Shown here in pieces: positions 43,163 to 52,947 of a DNA stretch of 64,000 nucleotides (within the stretch, counting starts at the first letter, position 1; each line of letters begins with the position of its first letter). The translations under genes were made by a program, and so were the position numbers. The notes beneath the pieces were generated by a model. That model was not told the DNA's origin. It ran no database searches and worked only from the letters and a program-made list of their open reading frames with translations. The stretch is from Chloroflexota bacterium (GTDB lineage: Bacteria; Chloroflexota; Anaerolineae; UBA4142): positions 22,837 through 86,836 of the forward strand of contig JBBITT010000002.1 in the NCBI GenBank assembly GCA_037440625.1, written 5' to 3'.

Positions 43163-43184
43163 AATGAATGAGCGTTCATTCATT
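43163..43184. promoter_or_regulatory. Palindromic operator candidate for the TetR regulator
   Basis: AATGAATGA gcgt TCATTCATT (9+4+9), between the -10 element and the tetR start codon. Confidence 0.55.
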
Positions 43185-43187
43185 TAC

Positions 43188-43216
43188 AGAATACGACAAA
43201 AACGTGCGTTTGTCAA
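43188..43216 (-). promoter_or_regulatory. Sigma-70-type promoter of the tetR-ABC-hlyD operon
   Basis: On the minus strand: TTGACA (43216-43211), a 17-nt spacer, then TATTCT (43193-43188). Confidence 0.55.
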
Positions 43217-43267
43217 CCACAGAGAACACAGAGACCAGGTTCTTGAAACGAAAAACCTGGTCTCTGT
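43216..43267. repeat. Family B (CACAGAG nonamer) hairpin immediately after era
   Basis: ACCACAGAG AACACAGAG ACC.... 14-bp perfect stem ACAGAGACCAGGTT (43228-41) / AACCTGGTCTCTGT (43254-67). Confidence 0.7.
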
Positions 43268-44190
43268 CACTCGGAAGCCAACCCCAATTGACGCAAACGA
43301 TCTTCGCGTTCACGCCACTTGGGCAACACCTTGACCCATAATTCCAAAAACACTTGGTGTCCAATCCACGTTTCGATCTGTTCGCGCGCCCCTTGCCCAA
43401 TCTTTTTCAACATCGCGCCGTGCGCGCCGATGACGATGCCTTTTTGCGATTCGCGTTCAACGTAGATTGTGGCGGCGATGTGGGTTAAATCGGCGCGGCG
43501 CTCTTCCCAGTCGTCAATCGCCACGGCGACCGAGTGCGGAATCTCTTGCCGGGTTGCCAGTAGTACTTGCTCGCGAATCAGTTCGGCGGCGATGGCTTGG
43601 ATCGTTTGATCGGTTACAATGTCGTTCGGGTAAAGTTCGGGTCCTTCAGGTAAGCGTGCCAAAATTTGTTCCAGCAGTTTGTCGGTGTTTTGCAAACGCG
43701 TTGCACTGATGCGCATCCAATCATCGTATTTGACAATTGCCCAATGGGCTTCGGTGATGGCTTGAACCTCGGCGGGTTTGAGTTTGTCCATCTTGTTCAT
43801 CACCAACAAAATCGGTGCGCGGCATTTTTGTTTGAGCAAGGCGCCGATGCGTTTGTCTTCGTCGTCCGGCAAGCGCGAGCCATCGACCATGAACACGACG
43901 ACATCAACCTCGCCCAGCACGCTCGACGCCGCTTCGACCATCACCTTGCCGAGTTTGTGTTGCGGCGTGTGAATGCCGGGGGTATCCACGAAAACGATTT
44001 GCGCGTCCGGGCGCGTGAGAATCCCGCGAATGACGCGGCGCGTTGTTTGCGGTTTGGGCGTAACGATGGAGACCGGCGCGCCGACGAACGCATTGACGAG
44101 TGTGGACTTGCCCACGTTGGGCTTGCCGATGACGGCGACGAAACCGGATTTGTGAATAGGCGCAACGCGATTGGGGTCAGAAGAATTCAT
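43267..44190 (-). CDS. era: GTPase Era
   Basis: G1 GKPNVGKST, G3 DTPG, G4 NKMD, and a C-terminal KH domain. Confidence 0.92.
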   Translation of the reverse strand: MNSSDPNRVAPIHKSGFVAVIGKPNVGKSTLVNAFVGAPVSIVTPKPQTTRRVIRGILTRPDAQIVFVDTPGIHTPQHKLGKVMVEAASSVLGEVDVVVFMVDGSRLPDDEDKRIGALLKQKCRAPILLVMNKMDKLKPAEVQAITEAHWAIVKYDDWMRISATRLQNTDKLLEQILARLPEGPELYPNDIVTDQTIQAIAAELIREQVLLATRQEIPHSVAVAIDDWEERRADLTHIAATIYVERESQKGIVIGAHGAMLKKIGQGAREQIETWIGHQVFLELWVKVLPKWREREDRLRQLGLASE

Positions 44191-44239
44191 AGCGATAGTA
44201 TATGCCGAGTGCGGGGAAATGCAAACGGGGCAGGCGTTG

Positions 44240-44264
44240 TAGGGGTGAGGTTACCGCGCCCCTA
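44240..44264. repeat. TAGGGGYG ... CGCCCCTA hairpin (REP-like)
   Basis: TAGGGGTG (44240-47) pairs with CGCCCCTA (44257-64), in the rtcB-era spacer. Confidence 0.45.
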
Positions 44265-44269
44265 GGCAA

Positions 44270-45721
44270 TTATCCCTTAATCACCGCCACCGGCTCCAGC
44301 CGCGCCACTTTTTTGCCGATGCCGGCGTTGTGCACAACGTTCACCACTTGCGAAACATCTTTGTACGCTTGCGGCGCTTCTTCCGCCAAGCCCGGCATCG
44401 AACCCGCGCGCACGACGATGCCGCGCGCCGTCAACTCATCGCGCAGTTTTTCACCGCGCACCTCGCGCTTGGCTTTGGCGCGGCTCATCACGCGCCCCGC
44501 ACCATGGCAGGTCGAACCGAAGGTCTGCGCCATTGAGCCGGCGGTGCCGATCAATACGTACGATGCTGTCCCCATCGAGCCGGGAATCAAGACCGGCTGG
44601 CCGATGTCGCGCAAATCATCCGGCAAAACCGCCGATCCCGGACCAAACGCGCGCGTCGCGCCTTTGCGGTGAACGCACACGCGCATCGTTTTACCTTCGA
44701 TGTCATGCTCCTCGATTTTTGCCATATTGTGCGCGATGTCGTAAATCTGATCCAGATCGAAATTGCGGACGCGCCCGGCGAGCGCTTGTTCAAACGAACG
44801 GCGGATGTGATAGGCAAGGATTTGCCGATTGGCAAATGCAAAGTTTGCCGCAGCCGCCATCGCTTTGAAATATTGTTGACCTTCGGGCGAATTGAGCGGC
44901 GCGCACACGAGTTCGCGGTCGGGTAGTTCGATGTGGTACGCGCGGACGGCGCGCTGGAAATCGTTCACGTAATCGGTGCAGACTTGATGTCCCAGCCCGC
45001 GCGAGCCGCAATGAATTTGCACGACGATTTGATTGGGGAACAATCCAAGCCGGTCAGCGATCTCGGCGTTGTAAATTTCCGCCACGCGATCTACTTCGAT
45101 AAAGTGATTCCCTGCGCCGAGTGTGCCGAGTTGATCCTTGCCGCGTTCCTTCGCCCGTTTCGATACCGCCTCCGCGCTTGCGCCCGGCATGCGACCGTAC
45201 TCTTCCGTGCGTTCCAAATCTTCTTGACGCGCGTAACCATTTTTGAGTGCCCACTCGGCGCCGTTTTCCAGAACCTCATCGAGTTGTTTGGCGTTGAGCG
45301 GAATGCTCCCTTCCGAGCCGACGCCGCTGGGACAGTTTTGGTAGAGCGCGGTGGCAAGGTCTTTCAAGTACGGTTGTATGCGATCCAGATCAACGTGCGA
45401 CGCGAGCAAACGCACGCCGCAGTTGATATCGTACCCCACACCGCCCGGCGAAATCGCGCCATCGGGCACGCGCGTGGCGACCACGCCGCCGATTGGAAAG
45501 CCATAGCCCTGATGAATGTCCGGCATCGAGATGGCGTACTGGACGATGCCGGGGAGCGTGGCGGTGTTGACGAGTTGATTGACCGATTCGTCTTGAAGCG
45601 CGTCTTCCAAAAGTTCTTCGTTGGCATACAAGCGCGCTGGCACGCGCATATCGCGCCGAAAGGTTTGTGGGATTTGCCAGATGTTATCGCTGATGCGTTC
45701 AAAATCTTTTTTGGTGATCAT
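44270..45721 (-). CDS. rtcB: RNA 3'-phosphate / 2',3'-cyclic phosphate ligase RtcB
   Basis: Contains ..[13 protein letters not shown].., ..[11 protein letters not shown].., ..PGSMGTASY.. and ..STCHGAGR... Confidence 0.93.
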   Translation of the reverse strand: MITKKDFERISDNIWQIPQTFRRDMRVPARLYANEELLEDALQDESVNQLVNTATLPGIVQYAISMPDIHQGYGFPIGGVVATRVPDGAISPGGVGYDINCGVRLLASHVDLDRIQPYLKDLATALYQNCPSGVGSEGSIPLNAKQLDEVLENGAEWALKNGYARQEDLERTEEYGRMPGASAEAVSKRAKERGKDQLGTLGAGNHFIEVDRVAEIYNAEIADRLGLFPNQIVVQIHCGSRGLGHQVCTDYVNDFQRAVRAYHIELPDRELVCAPLNSPEGQQYFKAMAAAANFAFANRQILAYHIRRSFEQALAGRVRNFDLDQIYDIAHNMAKIEEHDIEGKTMRVCVHRKGATRAFGPGSAVLPDDLRDIGQPVLIPGSMGTASYVLIGTAGSMAQTFGSTCHGAGRVMSRAKAKREVRGEKLRDELTARGIVVRAGSMPGLAEEAPQAYKDVSQVVNVVHNAGIGKKVARLEPVAVIKG

Positions 45722-45730
45722 CGTGCACCT

Positions 45731-46138
45731 CTACACATCCACCACCACTGTCGCTTGCCAGCCCTCCGCCGTTTGTTCGATTTTCAAATTGTGATACGTG
45801 ATCGCTTTGATCACTTTGTTCAAGGCGGTCAGCGGCGTGCCGAAAACTTGGGCATGCAATTCGGTTGGCGTCAGCGTTTCGATTTGAAAACGATGATACG
45901 TTTCGCGATTCGATTCTTGCAACCACAAAAGTTCGGTAAGCCAATTGACCAACAACGATTCATAATCAATGCCGGTTACGTGAACGCCCCGTGCCATTTC
46001 AGTGGCGTGCACATCCGCGTGCGCACCTTCCAAGGCAAAGATGGCGTGCGCCGCATTCTCGAACAGTTCACGCAAATCTTTGCCAAAGGCGCGGAATGAC
46101 CAATCGGCGGTGTGTGGGATTTCTTCAAAGCGTTTCAT
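45731..46138 (-). CDS. Archease (RtcB activator)
   Basis: N-terminal ..EEIPHTADWSFRAFG.. and C-terminal ..KAITYHNLKI... Confidence 0.88.
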   Translation of the reverse strand: MKRFEEIPHTADWSFRAFGKDLRELFENAAHAIFALEGAHADVHATEMARGVHVTGIDYESLLVNWLTELLWLQESNRETYHRFQIETLTPTELHAQVFGTPLTALNKVIKAITYHNLKIEQTAEGWQATVVVDV

Positions 46139-46141
46139 CTT

Positions 46142-46224
46142 GGAAGTTGGGCATTAGAAGATAGAGATCGGAGATTAGCACATTACCCGCTCTAACTCTA
46201 CATTCTAACTCCAAACTCTACACT
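46142..46224. repeat. Heptamer-periodic purine-arm / pyrimidine-arm hairpin element
   Basis: Left arm is GGAAGTT GGGCATT AGAAGAT AGAGATC GGAGATT. Right arm is CTCTAAC TCTACAT TCTAACT CCAAACT CTACACT. TTAGAAGATAGAG is largely complementary to CTCTACATTCTAA, with two internal mismatches. Confidence 0.55.
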
Positions 46225-46258
46225 CTGCCCCAATTATAAGCCGACTCGCCGTGTTCGT

Positions 46259-46762
46259 CTACATCGTTACGAACTTGAGTTTGCGCTTGAGTAATTCGCG
46301 AAAACGGGTTTGTTCTTGCGCATTGGCGAACGCGCGTTTGGGAATGGGGGCAATTTGATGTTGGTTGAGGAAGAGGAAAAAGAAACGTGGCGTTTCGCCG
46401 GCTTTGGTGTACGTTGACCACGTGTGATGCGCGGTGCCGTGTTGGGTTCGATGCTCAATGCTTTCTTCGCCAAAACGCCAATGTTGTTCGATGAAAAAAC
46501 GTGGCTCGTTACGCAAACGCGCGCGGGTGTATGGGCTGTAATAGAAAAAGACGAACAAGCCGCCGACCAGTACGATCGGTGCAATCGCCATAATGATCAT
46601 TGTTACATCACCGGTCGCCAGGTTGATGACGAGGGTGATCAACGCAAACAGGATTGCCGCGAGAAATAACAAGCGCACCGACCAACTGCGGAGGATGCGT
46701 GTACGCATTGCATCTATCACTTCATCTTCGGTGAGTTGATAGCGCAGGATAATCTCAGCCAT
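46259..46762 (-). CDS. YcxB-like membrane protein
   Basis: Two central TM helices and a C-terminal ..IAPIPKRAFANAQEQTRFRELL.. YcxB-type motif. Confidence 0.6.
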   Translation of the reverse strand: MAEIILRYQLTEDEVIDAMRTRILRSWSVRLLFLAAILFALITLVINLATGDVTMIIMAIAPIVLVGGLFVFFYYSPYTRARLRNEPRFFIEQHWRFGEESIEHRTQHGTAHHTWSTYTKAGETPRFFFLFLNQHQIAPIPKRAFANAQEQTRFRELLKRKLKFVTM

Positions 46763-47681
46763 AGTTCGCCAAAACCTCGCGCGCTTGTGCTACGTCCTGT
46801 TTCATTTGTTCGATCAAGGCGGCGACGTTTTCAAATTTCCGTTCCTCACGCAAGCGTTTGATGAATTGCACTTCGACAAATTGATCGTACAGGTCATCAT
46901 CAAAATCCAGCACAAATACTTCCACCAAACGTGCCCCGTTATCGAACGTGGGTCGCACACCAATGTTCGCGGCGCCACCATACCAGCGTTCGCCGATTTT
47001 GATGCGCACCGCGTAAATGCCATCGGCGGGGATCAAGCGGCGCTCGGCAATCGCAAGGTTTGCTGTGGGAAAGCCGAGTTGGCGTCCGCGCTGATTACCT
47101 TTGATCACGCGGCCGCGTACGGAGGGATACCGTCCCAGCAAGCGGGTGGCTTGGTCCAGTTCGCCGGCGGCAACCAGTTGGCGAATGCGCGTGCTGGAAA
47201 TAATTTCGCCGTCAAACGCTTTGGGTTCGACCACGTGCACACTAAATTTTTTTTCAACGCCCAAGGCGCGCAAAAATTCGACGGTGCCTTCGCGTTTATA
47301 GCCGAGGGCAAAATCTTTGCCACAGACAATTTCCTTCATTTGCAAATGATCGAGGAGCATTTGCACAAACTCGCGTGCGCGAATTTGCGACGTTTCCAAA
47401 CTAAAGGGAAAGACGACGGTGTAATCAAGCCCAAGGGTCGCTAACAAATCAAGGCGCTCTTCCAGCGTACTGATGTATTGCAAGCGTGAGGTCGAGCGCA
47501 GAACCACCTTGGGATGTGGATGCAACGTAACCAGCGCGCTCGCCGCACCAATTTCTTTTGCACGTGCGATGACTTGGGCAATGAGGTGTTGATGCCCACG
47601 ATGAATGCCATCGAACGAGCCGATGGTTAAAACGGTGGGAGGCGTGAGATGAACACTCGTGAGGTCGCGGATGATTTCCAT
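46755..47681 (-). CDS. ribF: Bifunctional riboflavin kinase / FMN adenylyltransferase
   Basis: Contains ..GSFDGIHRGHQ.. and C-terminal ..GFPTANL.. / ..RPTF... Confidence 0.92.
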   Translation of the reverse strand: MEIIRDLTSVHLTPPTVLTIGSFDGIHRGHQHLIAQVIARAKEIGAASALVTLHPHPKVVLRSTSRLQYISTLEERLDLLATLGLDYTVVFPFSLETSQIRAREFVQMLLDHLQMKEIVCGKDFALGYKREGTVEFLRALGVEKKFSVHVVEPKAFDGEIISSTRIRQLVAAGELDQATRLLGRYPSVRGRVIKGNQRGRQLGFPTANLAIAERRLIPADGIYAVRIKIGERWYGGAANIGVRPTFDNGARLVEVFVLDFDDDLYDQFVEVQFIKRLREERKFENVAALIEQMKQDVAQAREVLANYG

Positions 47682-47693
47682 TGCCGATTACAT

Positions 47694-47781
47694 AGCTTGA
47701 AGATTGTAGATTGCAGATTGACTTGCCCGGCGTTCCTTAGGGTTTTCAATCTAAAATCTGCAATCTGACATCTAAAATTGA
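47694..47781. repeat. Inverted heptamer arrays AGATTGN x4 / NCAATCT x5 in the truB-ribF spacer
   Basis: AGCTTGA AGATTGT AGATTGC AGATTGA (47694-47721) and CAATCTA AAATCTG CAATCTG ACATCTA AAATTGA (47747-47781). 18 of 21 positions are complementary. Confidence 0.75.
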
Positions 47782-48734
47782 AAAACCTTTTTCGGTTTCC
47801 AAACGCCGGTGTCTTTGCCCGGTTCCATCAACGCTACAAACTCGCCGTTCGTCGAATACGCGCGGAGCAAAGGCGAGGCAAAGGTGTGTTCACAGGTGAG
47901 GGGAATGCCATTTTGAATTTGTTTAGTGGTCTGCGGATCAACCACAACCGCTTCAAACCGAAGCAACGCTTCGTCCATCGGAATCAAGTAGCGTTCGATA
48001 GAACCATCGGCTAGGGCTTGACACACTTGATCAAGTGACATCGCCTCATCAATCACAAAATTGCCAACCGCGATACGCGTGAGGGCAGACAAATGTCCGC
48101 CGCATCCCAGTTTTTCGCCAATATCGTGCGCCAGCGAGCGAATGTAGGTGCCTTTGCTACAATGCACATCGAACTCGATTTCGGGCAAGGCAATCTCGCG
48201 CAGAGCGATGGAATAGATTTCAACGTCGCGGGGTTGCGTTTCCACTTGAACACCGCGGCGCGCAAGTTTGTAATGCGGCACACCATCTTTTTTGATTGCC
48301 GAGTATGTCGGTGGCATTTGCGCCAACTTGCCCACAAAACTTGACAGCGCCGATTCGATTTGACCGAGCGTTACCTGCACCTCGTGTTGCGCTACGATGT
48401 TGCCGGTCGCGTCATAGGTATCGGTCTCGATTCCCAGCCGCACCCGCGCGCGATATTTTTTGTCGTGATCCATGAGATATTCACTGATGCGCACGGCTTG
48501 ACCAATACAAATCAACAACACCCCGGTTGCCATCGGATCGAGCGTGCCGGCGTGCCCCACGCGCGCCAGTTTGCCGGCTTGACGAATCGTGTGCACAACA
48601 CGATGCGAGGAAAGGCCGGTCGGTTTGTGGATGTTGAGAATGCCGTGAGTGCCGCGCGGCAACTTGATCGGCGGACGAGCAAATTGTTTGAGCGGACATT
48701 CATGCGCCGCGCTGCAGGCCGAACACCGAGTCAT
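47772..48734 (-). CDS. truB: tRNA pseudouridine(55) synthase
   Basis: Contains ..GILNIHKPTGLSSH.. and ..GHAGTLDPMATGVL... The start is uncertain: an internal TTG about 26 codons downstream is possible. Confidence 0.88.
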   Translation of the reverse strand: MTRCSACSAAHECPLKQFARPPIKLPRGTHGILNIHKPTGLSSHRVVHTIRQAGKLARVGHAGTLDPMATGVLLICIGQAVRISEYLMDHDKKYRARVRLGIETDTYDATGNIVAQHEVQVTLGQIESALSSFVGKLAQMPPTYSAIKKDGVPHYKLARRGVQVETQPRDVEIYSIALREIALPEIEFDVHCSKGTYIRSLAHDIGEKLGCGGHLSALTRIAVGNFVIDEAMSLDQVCQALADGSIERYLIPMDEALLRFEAVVVDPQTTKQIQNGIPLTCEHTFASPLLRAYSTNGEFVALMEPGKDTGVWKPKKVFQF

Positions 48735-48739
48735 CTTGA

Positions 48740-49714
48740 CTAGTTGCCTGATTGACCAAGTGATTTTTTGATTTCTGCCAACACACGTTCACGCACCGCA
48801 GACAGTGGACCATCAAGCAGTGCGCCTGACGCTTGCTTGTGTCCGCCGCCGCCCAAGCGCGCGGCAATGCCCGCGACATCGTACCCCACACGCGAGCGCA
48901 AGCCCACATCAATCTTGCCGTTTTCTTTTTCGACAAAGAGGACGGCAATCTTGGCATTCTCGACGCTGAGCAATTGATTGATGATGCCACTGGTGCCATT
49001 GCCGTTCAATCCCAACTCGCGTTGTGTTTTGAACGGAACTTCAGCCCACAAAATCACACCATCCAATTTGGCTTCGCTAAACACCTTGCCGCGCAAACGC
49101 AAACTTGCCATTGGCACTTGGTTGAACGATTGCTCAATGATTTCCGGAATAGAGGCGCCGGCTTCCATCAGCTCGGTGGCTGTTCTAAGTGTCTCCACCG
49201 TCGTGCTTGATGTCCGAAAGCCTAGCGTATCGGTGATGATGCCGGTGAGCAAGCACATTGCCATCGTACGATCGAAGGAGACGCCCAGCGCGCGGATCAA
49301 GCGCTGAATGATTTCCGCCGTGGACGCGGCATGCCGATCAATGTAATTCAACGGCGCAAAGGCGTCGTTCGTAATATGGTGATCAATGACGAGCACCGGG
49401 CGATTGTTAAACTTGGCTGGATCGTACGCGGGTCCAAAACGATCCGCCGCGCTCCCATCCACATAGATCAACAATTCTTCATCGGTTGGCGTCTTGGCGC
49501 CCAGTTCGTCAAACCCTTGCAAATACTTGAATGTGCTGGACACATGATCATGGCAGGTTACCGTAACCGTTTTGCCGATCTGGCGCAATGCCCACATGAG
49601 CCCCAACGCAGAACCGATACAATCGCCATCGGGCGCAATATGCGCGGCGATGAAAATCTTGTTGTGTTGCTTGATCAAGTCAACCGCTTGGTCAAAAGTG
49701 ATGGCTATACCCAT
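48740..49714 (-). CDS. nrnA: DHH/DHHA1 phosphoesterase (NrnA-like oligoribonuclease / pAp phosphatase)
   Basis: Contains ..HIAPDGDCIGS.., ..VIDHHITN.. and ..GGGHKQASG... Confidence 0.85.
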   Translation of the reverse strand: MGIAITFDQAVDLIKQHNKIFIAAHIAPDGDCIGSALGLMWALRQIGKTVTVTCHDHVSSTFKYLQGFDELGAKTPTDEELLIYVDGSAADRFGPAYDPAKFNNRPVLVIDHHITNDAFAPLNYIDRHAASTAEIIQRLIRALGVSFDRTMAMCLLTGIITDTLGFRTSSTTVETLRTATELMEAGASIPEIIEQSFNQVPMASLRLRGKVFSEAKLDGVILWAEVPFKTQRELGLNGNGTSGIINQLLSVENAKIAVLFVEKENGKIDVGLRSRVGYDVAGIAARLGGGGHKQASGALLDGPLSAVRERVLAEIKKSLGQSGN

Positions 49715-49740
49715 TTGGAACGAGGACGAAGGATGACCCG

Positions 49741-50148
49741 CTATCGGCGGTCATCGCTTTTACGTCGCTTGCCTTTCGTTGGAATGGTGGAGGGCAAAGA
49801 TTCTGCCGTGTGCAGTTCATCCAGCACGTGCAGAAAATGCTCGCCCTTTTCAATAGCATGATCGAGAATAAAGCGGATTTCCGGCGCAAAGCGCAGGTCG
49901 AGTATGCCGGCAATTTGCCGACGAAAATATCCTTGCGCGTGCGCCAACCCATCCATCATCTCACGGGTGGCTTGATCCCCCGCGCGATTGGGCGCCACAA
50001 AGATTTTCGCAATCCGCAAATCGCCGCTCATTTGAACATGCGTTACATTCACGCCGGCAAGTCGCGGGTCTGCCATTTCGCGTTCCAGCATAATGCTAAC
50101 TTGTTGATGAATTTGTTGGCTGATTCGTTCAGCTCGATAGGATGGCAT
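49741..50148 (-). CDS. rbfA: Ribosome-binding factor A
   Basis: MPSYRAERISQQIHQQVS...DPRL..V.VT.V..S.DL..AKIFV. The start was set at ATG 50148; the longer ORF runs through the upstream repeat. Confidence 0.88.
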   Translation of the reverse strand: MPSYRAERISQQIHQQVSIMLEREMADPRLAGVNVTHVQMSGDLRIAKIFVAPNRAGDQATREMMDGLAHAQGYFRRQIAGILDLRFAPEIRFILDHAIEKGEHFLHVLDELHTAESLPSTIPTKGKRRKSDDRR

Positions 50149-50166
50149 AGCGTATCTCAATGATTT

Positions 50167-50229
50167 ACCACGGAGATCACCGAGAAAAAATCCTTTGGGT
50201 TTCTCGGTGTGCTCCGTGCTCTCTGTGGT
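50167..50229. repeat. Family B nonamer hairpin in the infB-rbfA spacer
   Basis: ACCACGGAG ATCACCGAG AAA ... TTTCTCGGTG TGCTCCGTG CTCTCTGTG GT. Confidence 0.7.
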
Positions 50230-50234
50230 GAAAA

Positions 50235-52331
50235 CTAACTGACCTTGACCTTCTGATAAAACTCGATCTGATCGCCCTCTTGGAAATCGGTGAATTTTTC
50301 CAGCGCGAGACCGCATTCATACCCTTCCGCCACTTCTTTCACATCTTCCGTGAATCGTTTGAGCGAGGCGATGGGTCCCTTGAAGATTTCCACGTTGTTG
50401 CGTAGCACGCGTGCCGTCGCATTGCGAACGATCTTGCCCTTGGTTACCCGCAAGCCAGCCACGGCACTCTTTTTCACGCGGAACACTTGCAAGACTTGAG
50501 CATTGCCCACCAAGCGATCCTCAAACACCGGCTCGAGCATACCTTTCAGGGCTTTGTCAACATCTTCAATCAATTTGTAAATGATGTCGTATTGCCGAAT
50601 GTCCACGCCCTCGCTTTCGGCGAGCGAAGCGGCGGCGGCTTCAACGCCAACGTTGAAGGCAATGACGATCCCTTGCGATGCCATCGCGAGCATCACATCC
50701 GAACGTGTGACGGTGCCGATCCCTTGGTGAATAATTTTGGCTTTGAGTTTTTCGTCTCCCAAGCGTTCCAACGAACTCACAATCGGCTCCAACGATCCTT
50801 GCACATCCGCTTTGACAACGAGGTTCAGTTCCTTGACATTGCCGGCTTGGAATTGGGCGAACAAATCGTTGAGACTAATCGCGCGGGTGGATTTTTGTTC
50901 GGCTTGGCGTTTGGCAAGTGCGTGCGCTTCGGCTTGGGCGCGGGCTTCGCGTTCATCGGCATAGACTTGGAATTTTTCGCCGGCCGGCGGCACATCCGAT
51001 AAACCGGTGACTACGACGGGAGTGGCTGGCCCGGCACTCTTGAGGGATTCCCCGCGATCGTTGAACATAGCGCGCACTTTGCCATAGACCGTTCCCATCA
51101 ATACCGCATCGCCAATATGCAACGTACCATCTTGAACCAACAGCGTTGCCATGGCACCTTGCTGTTTATCCAGTTTTGATTCCACGACCACACCTTGCGC
51201 CGGGTTTTTGGGATTGGCGCGGAGATCGGCGAGTTCAGCCACCAGCAGAATATTTTCCAACAAATCGTCCACGCCGATCTTTTGCTTGGCGGACATTGGG
51301 ACGACCGTAACTTCATCTTGACCGCCATACACCGCCAGCCCCATATCGGAGAGTTGTTGTTTGACGCGTTCGGGATTGGCGTTGGGTTTATCAATTTTGT
51401 TCAGTGCGATGATGATGGGGACTTGGGCGGCGCGGGCGTGATCAATTGCTTCGCGTGTTTGCGGCATCACGCCATCATCCGCCGCCACCACGATGATGGC
51501 GATATCGGTGGCTTGCGCGCCGCGCGCGCGCATTTCGGTGAATGCCTCATGACCCGGCGTATCGAGAAAAGTAATGCGTTTGCCATCGTGAACCACTTGG
51601 TACGCGCCGATGTGTTGCGTGATGCCGCCGGCTTCGCCTTCCGCGACGTGCGCATGGCGAATGGCATCCAAGATCGAGGTCTTGCCGTGATCTACGTGCC
51701 CCATCACCGTAACGACCGGCGGACGCGGTTTCAAATTGGCTAATTCGGCTTCGGTGTACTCTTTTTTCTTGGGAATACTTGTCAGCGTCGTAACGTCGGG
51801 CTCAACAATTTCCGGTTTCTTTTCGATGACCTCGAATCCGAGTTCGCCAGCGACAAGCGCGGCGGTCTCGAAATCAATCGGTTGATTGATGTTTGCCATG
51901 ATCCCGTTTGCCATCAACTTTTTGATAATGTCAATCGGTCCCACTTTGAGCGTAGCGGCGAGATCGCGCACGGTGAGATTCTCTGGCAATTCGATGGGAG
52001 CCGGCTTGGGTTTAGGTGGTGGCGGTGGGGGCGGCGGCGGTGGCGCCATCGGCGCGGGCTTGGGTGCCGGTGTGGGTGTTGCCACCGGCGTTACTTCTGC
52101 AATCGGTGTACGAGCCGGGCTAGGTTGAGGGCGTGGTTCAGGACGACGTGCGCTTTCCGGGCGTGGTGCGGTTGTCGGCTTGGCACGCGGCGCAGGTCGG
52201 GTGGTCGCTGCCGGGCGTGTGGTTGGGTGCGCCGGCTTGGTGTTCGGTCGAGTCATCGGTTTGCGCGCAGGCACGGATTTCTTTTCGGTTGGCTTGGGTT
52301 CACTTTTCTTGATCGGTTTCGTGTCAGCCAT
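50235..52331 (-). CDS. infB: Translation initiation factor IF-2
   Basis: Contains [14 protein letters not shown] and NKID. Pro/Lys-rich N-terminal region. ATG 52331 is preceded by AAGGAGAG. Confidence 0.93.
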   Translation of the reverse strand: MADTKPIKKSEPKPTEKKSVPARKPMTRPNTKPAHPTTRPAATTRPAPRAKPTTAPRPESARRPEPRPQPSPARTPIAEVTPVATPTPAPKPAPMAPPPPPPPPPPKPKPAPIELPENLTVRDLAATLKVGPIDIIKKLMANGIMANINQPIDFETAALVAGELGFEVIEKKPEIVEPDVTTLTSIPKKKEYTEAELANLKPRPPVVTVMGHVDHGKTSILDAIRHAHVAEGEAGGITQHIGAYQVVHDGKRITFLDTPGHEAFTEMRARGAQATDIAIIVVAADDGVMPQTREAIDHARAAQVPIIIALNKIDKPNANPERVKQQLSDMGLAVYGGQDEVTVVPMSAKQKIGVDDLLENILLVAELADLRANPKNPAQGVVVESKLDKQQGAMATLLVQDGTLHIGDAVLMGTVYGKVRAMFNDRGESLKSAGPATPVVVTGLSDVPPAGEKFQVYADEREARAQAEAHALAKRQAEQKSTRAISLNDLFAQFQAGNVKELNLVVKADVQGSLEPIVSSLERLGDEKLKAKIIHQGIGTVTRSDVMLAMASQGIVIAFNVGVEAAAASLAESEGVDIRQYDIIYKLIEDVDKALKGMLEPVFEDRLVGNAQVLQVFRVKKSAVAGLRVTKGKIVRNATARVLRNNVEIFKGPIASLKRFTEDVKEVAEGYECGLALEKFTDFQEGDQIEFYQKVKVS

Positions 52332-52601
52332 AGCACACTCTCCTTTTCGCTTCTGTCCATCACCCATCGGTTGGCGACGCAAATGTCTCCATCCGTACCG
52401 CCAAGGCGGGGGATGCCAGAATGATTTGCTGGAAGCAATCGCGGGAAATGCAAGTTGAAGGATCGAGCGGATGACTTGCTGAGGTCTGAATGAGGCACGC
52501 GGGTGGCGTGTGGGGGTGGACACGAGAGCGGGACGCAGTTCAAGCGTTCATCGTTTACTCCCCTTTGCCTTGTTCAGAGCCACAGTTCCAAACGATTGCT
52601 T

Positions 52602-52922
52602 TCATAGTGTTTCGTTTTTGGGCGCTACATTTGGATTGACTTGCGATGGTAGCGTCATCGCAAACTCGCGCAAGGGCGCGAGGTCTTCCATACGAATCGC
52701 CGTCTCCAAGTTCAGTGCTTGCATCAAACGTGAGGGATGGTTTAACACCATTTCCCAGCATTCGCGTTGGCGACAGAGATAGGCCCCCCGACCGGCTTTT
52801 TTGCCGGTTGGATCGGCTTCCACACCATTGGCTGTCGTCCGCACGATGCGGATCAATTCGCGTTTGGCGCGGACGGTGCGACAAGCGATGCACGTGCGTT
52901 GTGGAATATGTTTGGTTGCCAT
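52602..52922 (-). CDS. YlxR/RnpM-family (DUF448) RNA-binding protein
   Basis: Contains ..PQRTCIACRTVRAKRELIRIV.. and ..GRGAYLC... Confidence 0.85.
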   Translation of the reverse strand: MATKHIPQRTCIACRTVRAKRELIRIVRTTANGVEADPTGKKAGRGAYLCRQRECWEMVLNHPSRLMQALNLETAIRMEDLAPLREFAMTLPSQVNPNVAPKNETL

Positions 52923-52947
52923 AGTTCAAGCGTTATTTGGAGGGTGG

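Noticed and set aside
44933-46099. 388-aa plus-strand ORF overlapping rtcB and archease
   Set aside because: Antisense to two genes with unmistakable motifs. The translation is low-complexity (R, F, H rich) and matches no known family.
50149-52523. Long N-terminal extensions in the ORF track for rbfA (to 50316) and infB (to 52523). The same issue affects GNAT (to 18912), nuoN (10082), GAF (11329) and mutL (60638).
   Set aside because: The extensions run through repeat elements, terminators or neighbouring genes, and have implausible composition. Internal ATG/GTG codons with good SD sequences coincide with the start of family homology.
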